In this document: positions 60,014 through 64,000 of the stretch, one piece after another
How positions within the stretch are numbered: position 1 is the first letter of the stretch
How the letters are laid out: the number at the start of each line of letters is the position of its first letter
NCBI GenBank assembly: GCA_011109175.1
Contig: RDEW01000029.1
Location: 690,402-754,401, forward strand
DNA from: Dicyema japonicum
Lineage: Eukaryota > Animalia > Dicyemida
DNA length: 64,000 nucleotides
Reading direction: 5' to 3'
Notes under the pieces: generated by a model
Seen by the model: only the letters and a program-made list of their open reading frames with translations
Database searches by the model: none
Told to the model about the DNA's origin: nothing
Translations under genes and position numbers: made by a program

Positions 60014-62914
60014 TGTCGTATGTCATAAGAACCCGGAACGTTGACACAGTCAGGGTTGGTAAGACAAATTTATCACTTGAAAACATTAACAACCACTAAG
60101 TTTTGTTTCAAGAGAAACAAAATAGAGAGAAGTTAAATCCCCAAGGAATATAGAAAAGTAAATTCCCGGATTAATGTAGAGATGTTAAATCCCCAAAGGA
60201 AAAGAACCGAGATATAAGCTTACTTTATAGCAGATAGATACTTTATTAACGTAACAAACTCGTTACTAATTAAAAACTAATTAAAAAGGGAGAAGCCAAC
60301 GAGTTTGTCCTGGTTGATGGGGTCTGGTTTAACGAGACACCATATGTTCCCTCTTTGAATAATTGACCCCTTGCATCCAACAAGAATTATTTTTTCAAGT
60401 CGTGCAATATTTCCTCAATGGATCTTGCACGTCTCTCATCACTTGGCGGTAATTTAGAAATTAAATCAAGTCCATATACCAGTTTAATAGCACATCTCGA
60501 TTTAACGAGAAGCTCTACAATAGTACTTTTCTCATCACTTTCAAACCATCCTTGGAAGCCATAAATCAAGAATGGTTCTAAACAAGCTGTATACACATAA
60601 GAAAAGTTTCCAGACTCAATTGAAAACGTAGAAGTGATTTCGACATCTCCGTAGCTTTTTACTTCTTTTTCTTGATAAAAGAACCCTTAGAGTTCACACA
60701 AACTCTAAGATATTGTAACTGTTCCATGCATTTGATCGCTCCAGTATCAATACAAATCTTTGATTTGTTCTTGAAATTCACAATCCATGAAGCAGTATAT
60801 TTTTAAGAGATAAGGATAAACCTGTATCTCGGCACCAGCATTTAATTATTTCGACATGTGTCGAAACACGTTTCCAAAAAATCGATCTATTAATACTCAG
60901 ATCGAGCAAAAGAATGTCATCGTCAAATATCAACATTTAGGTGTTCAAACTTCGGAATGTCACACATAGCGCAATTAAATAAGAGGGGACTTAAGACAGA
61001 CTCACGTGGAACCCATTTTTTAACAAAACGTTCTTCGATAATTGATTTCCAACCCGTATAAAAGATTCTCTACCAGAAAGAAAATTTTTTATCCACACTA
61101 GAGCTTGCTCTGAATATTAAAATTTGACAAAGTTTTCAACAACCCAGCATGCCAAACGCTATCAAAAGCCTTTGATATGTATAGACATACGGCCGTAAGA
61201 CATTCTCTATTCTTTTTAGCAACACATATAAAATTTGATAATATTGAGAAACAATCTCCAGTACCTCTAGTGGGGCGAAAACCACACTGTCTTCAACGTA
61301 TTTTGATAATCTGTTGAAAATGATTTTTTCCATAATTTTCCTCTGCGAGCTGTTGTCTTAAGACATCAGGAACTTTTCCTTTCGGGATCCAAGATCTGTC
61401 ACGAGACTTGAGATTTATCTCTTCACCTTTCCTATCCAAAGAATTCATTTTCGAAAAAAGTTTCCAGAATTTAGGATTATTACGATAGAGTTTGGAGCAT
61501 TCTCTCTTCCATCTATTTTCTTCAATACTTTTTGATACTTCGATCAATACACTTTTTATAGACTTGATCCTCTCTTTGAGATGGCTAGAATCTTGTGGAT
61601 CCCAACATCGTTTCAATTTTCATTCTAAATTTCTCATTTCACGAATGACATTGCTCCCCATTCATAAATTTATTTCTATGCGGAGAAAGAAATCTACTAT
61701 TTACATAATAATCAATATAATTTAAAATAACATTTCTTAATTTTACATCCAAACTATCGATATCCACATGATTTAAAACTTTCAGTTCTCGAATATTATA
61801 CAACTTTATAGAAATATAAGAATTAAAATTAGCCCAATCAATTCTGTTGATATTATATCCAAAAATATTTCTTCTTCAAAAACAGGTCCAGTTCGCAACT
61901 CCAAAGTTTGAGGTAAGTGATCACTTCCTATATCATTTTCGACATAGGGCAGACCACTCAATAAAGCGTGGTTTTCTAGCATTACAAAAACACCCAATCT
62001 ATCAGCACTCCGTTGTTGGAAATGATTAAGTTCTTTAGAAGTAAAACGTCAAATTTTCTGATTCCATTATTTCCAATAAACATTTGCCGTCAGAATTAGT
62101 TTTCACATAACCAATATCTAGTGACTACACATTCGTGAAATTTGCCAGATTTTTATATATAAGTGAAAGAACGTATGCGTATGTTCAATTGCTGGTAATC
62201 AAGAAGACTTTGGAGAGTATGATTGATCATTTAGGAAACCAAGTCGACGTTTCGCGGCGTTATGATAAACTTAATGAAGGGATAAAGGATATTTACTCTA
62301 TGTCTGATTATGAAGAAATTCAAAAGAAAAGTGTGAGTGAAGAAAAGGACTGTGACAATTGGGTTTACTCCAATAGTTACTGAAATAAGAAACTAATTGG
62401 ATAGAGAACATTTTAATTAGAATCATTTTGTGACAACTATTTTAAACCTTAAATGATCATAACAAAATTTTAATATAAAAACGATTTAAAAAATCAAAAA
62501 CTTCTTTAGTATCAGACAAATTAACTGTATTTAAAGTAGCACGATAAATAGAAATGTTATATATATAAGTAGTAGTTTTCAATCCAATTATTAAATTTGG
62601 GTTGAAATAGAGTTTTCGCTAACCATCGCTTTAGCGTTCCACCTGCCTTTGTGATTAAGGGAATCATGATCTACCATAAACCGTCGTTATCCCCGATCAC
62701 ATAGTAATGCTGAGAACTTAGTGTTGCAAAACTCTTTTTCAACCCTTTTCACGTTTAATCGCTTTATTGACTCAAAATAAAATTTTTTGTTTTTTGAGGG
62801 AACAAGGGACAGATCTTTCGAAGCAAAACTTAGTTGTTGTTAATGTTTTCAAGTGATAAATTTGTTTTATCAACCCGGACAGTATCAACAGCCCGGACAC
62901 TATCACATACGACA
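60014..62914 (-). mobile_element. non-autonomous Ginger-type DNA transposon, copy 2, with TSD
   Basis: TGTCGTATG...CATACGACA termini, about 90-bp TIRs, flanking ATTAT at 60009-60013 and 62915-62919; same R4 piece (62115-62400) and integrase remnant as copy 1. Confidence 0.8.
60290..62110 (-). mobile_element. degraded LINE nested in Ginger copy 2
   Basis: 'IGSDHLPQTLE', 'NPKFWKLF', 'EPFLIYGFQGWF' match the 41990-44200 family. Confidence 0.75.
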
Positions 62915-62939
62915 ATTATTGTACACTTGACTCTCGCAA

Positions 62940-63549
62940 ATTGGCCACAATTTTTACAATTTTTAAATTTTTTTAAAAATAAAAATTTAACACATGTCTT
63001 CCAATTCCACTCGTGGACGCTAACTCGGCTTACTTTTATTGAAAACTCAAATTGTTAATTATTAAACACTGATTTACAAGGAAAAGACAAGCTATAATAT
63101 TTGCGAACCCCTTTAACATCAAAATTGAAGAATCTCCTGTACAATTCCAAATGGAATAGAGTGAATTGACAGCCGATTTATAGTTGAGCGCTTTAACGAC
63201 ACTTCGAATTTTACCAATCTCTACCAAAAAAAATTAAGAATCTTGTAAATAATGGATACATGAATATTTCAATGTTCGGATCAAATTATGTATGTGAATA
63301 CATTTTCAGCAAAATGGTTCAACTAAAGAACAAATACCGCGATAAACTGACAGCTATGCATCTAAGTCAGTTGTTACCGAATTCGGCATCTTCTATTGTA
63401 CCAGCTTTTAAAGAGCTAATTGATTAAAGGATTATAAATTTACATTTGCTTTCTTCTTTATACTAATAAAGTTTAAAAAAATTGACGGCCACTACAAATA
63501 AAATAATTTATTGATTTGGCCCCTGGGTTAAAATTATTGAGAACCATTG
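62940..63549 (+). mobile_element. hAT (Charlie-group) 3' fragment
   Basis: Dimerisation domain 'SMFGSNYVCE..FSKM...K..YR.KLT..HL'; terminus TTGAGAACCATTG followed by an NTCTAGAN-type target ttctagac. Confidence 0.7.
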
Positions 63550-64000
63550 TTCTAGACGATTACAAGATGAGCTTCTATTGTCTTGGTCCTCTTCGATTTC
63601 TGCGTTAAATAATCCCAGCCTCACTAATTTGTAGGAAACCTGCGGCTATTAAGTAGAATGCAACAAATGCATGTAGCTTACATCAATCAGTAAGTCTTAC
63701 ATTGTGGACGAACAATGTAATTAAAGGAAATTTAAAAAGGTGATTTACTGTCAATTTGGACAAGTTGCAAAAAATAGAAGACATCTTCACTTACGTTTGT
63801 TGAGATGGGTGGTGCTTACATCGTAGACAAGTCAGGCTAACCCAGTCCATGGGAAGATAAGATTTCGATTGGAGGAAGGGGCCGTTGTAGAATTTTATAA
63901 TCATCGAGTCTACTATTTTAAAACATGAAATCCTCACGAAAACAAGTTATTAGAATTCTCTAGAACCCACATATCAATCACAGACTGCGTATGCGAATTA

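Overview
AT-rich eukaryotic nuclear DNA from a draft assembly (one 48-N gap, six single-n joins). It is probably from a reduced parasitic animal such as a myxozoan or dicyemid; this is inferred from an animal-type MCAT and uniformly tiny 20-29 nt GT-AG introns. Most of the window is nested transposon debris. Non-LTR retrotransposons include RTE, Ingi/Vingi-like (with 2A peptides), Jockey/I-like, CRE and R4/Dong-like RLE elements. DNA elements include Helitron, Ginger, IS630/Tc1, pogo and hAT; a tRNA-derived SINE and a 5S rRNA fragment are also present. Host genes sit as small islands. LSm3 reconstructs intact, whereas UTP20 (5' part), aspartate aminotransferase, MCAT, CWC27 and a DHHC acyltransferase keep their introns but carry stops, frameshifts or a duplication. 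The most interesting signals are: (1) a LINE 5' end with a candidate L1Tc/ingi-style HDV-like ribozyme remnant in frame with a 2A StopGo peptide; (2) length-defined micro-introns that also occur inside DNA transposase genes; (3) a Ginger element carrying a hitch-hiking R4 fragment; (4) R4-like elements resembling microsporidian ones; (5) wholesale decay of intron-containing housekeeping genes. Boundaries of degraded TE fragments are approximate, and family assignments come from motif recognition, not database searches.
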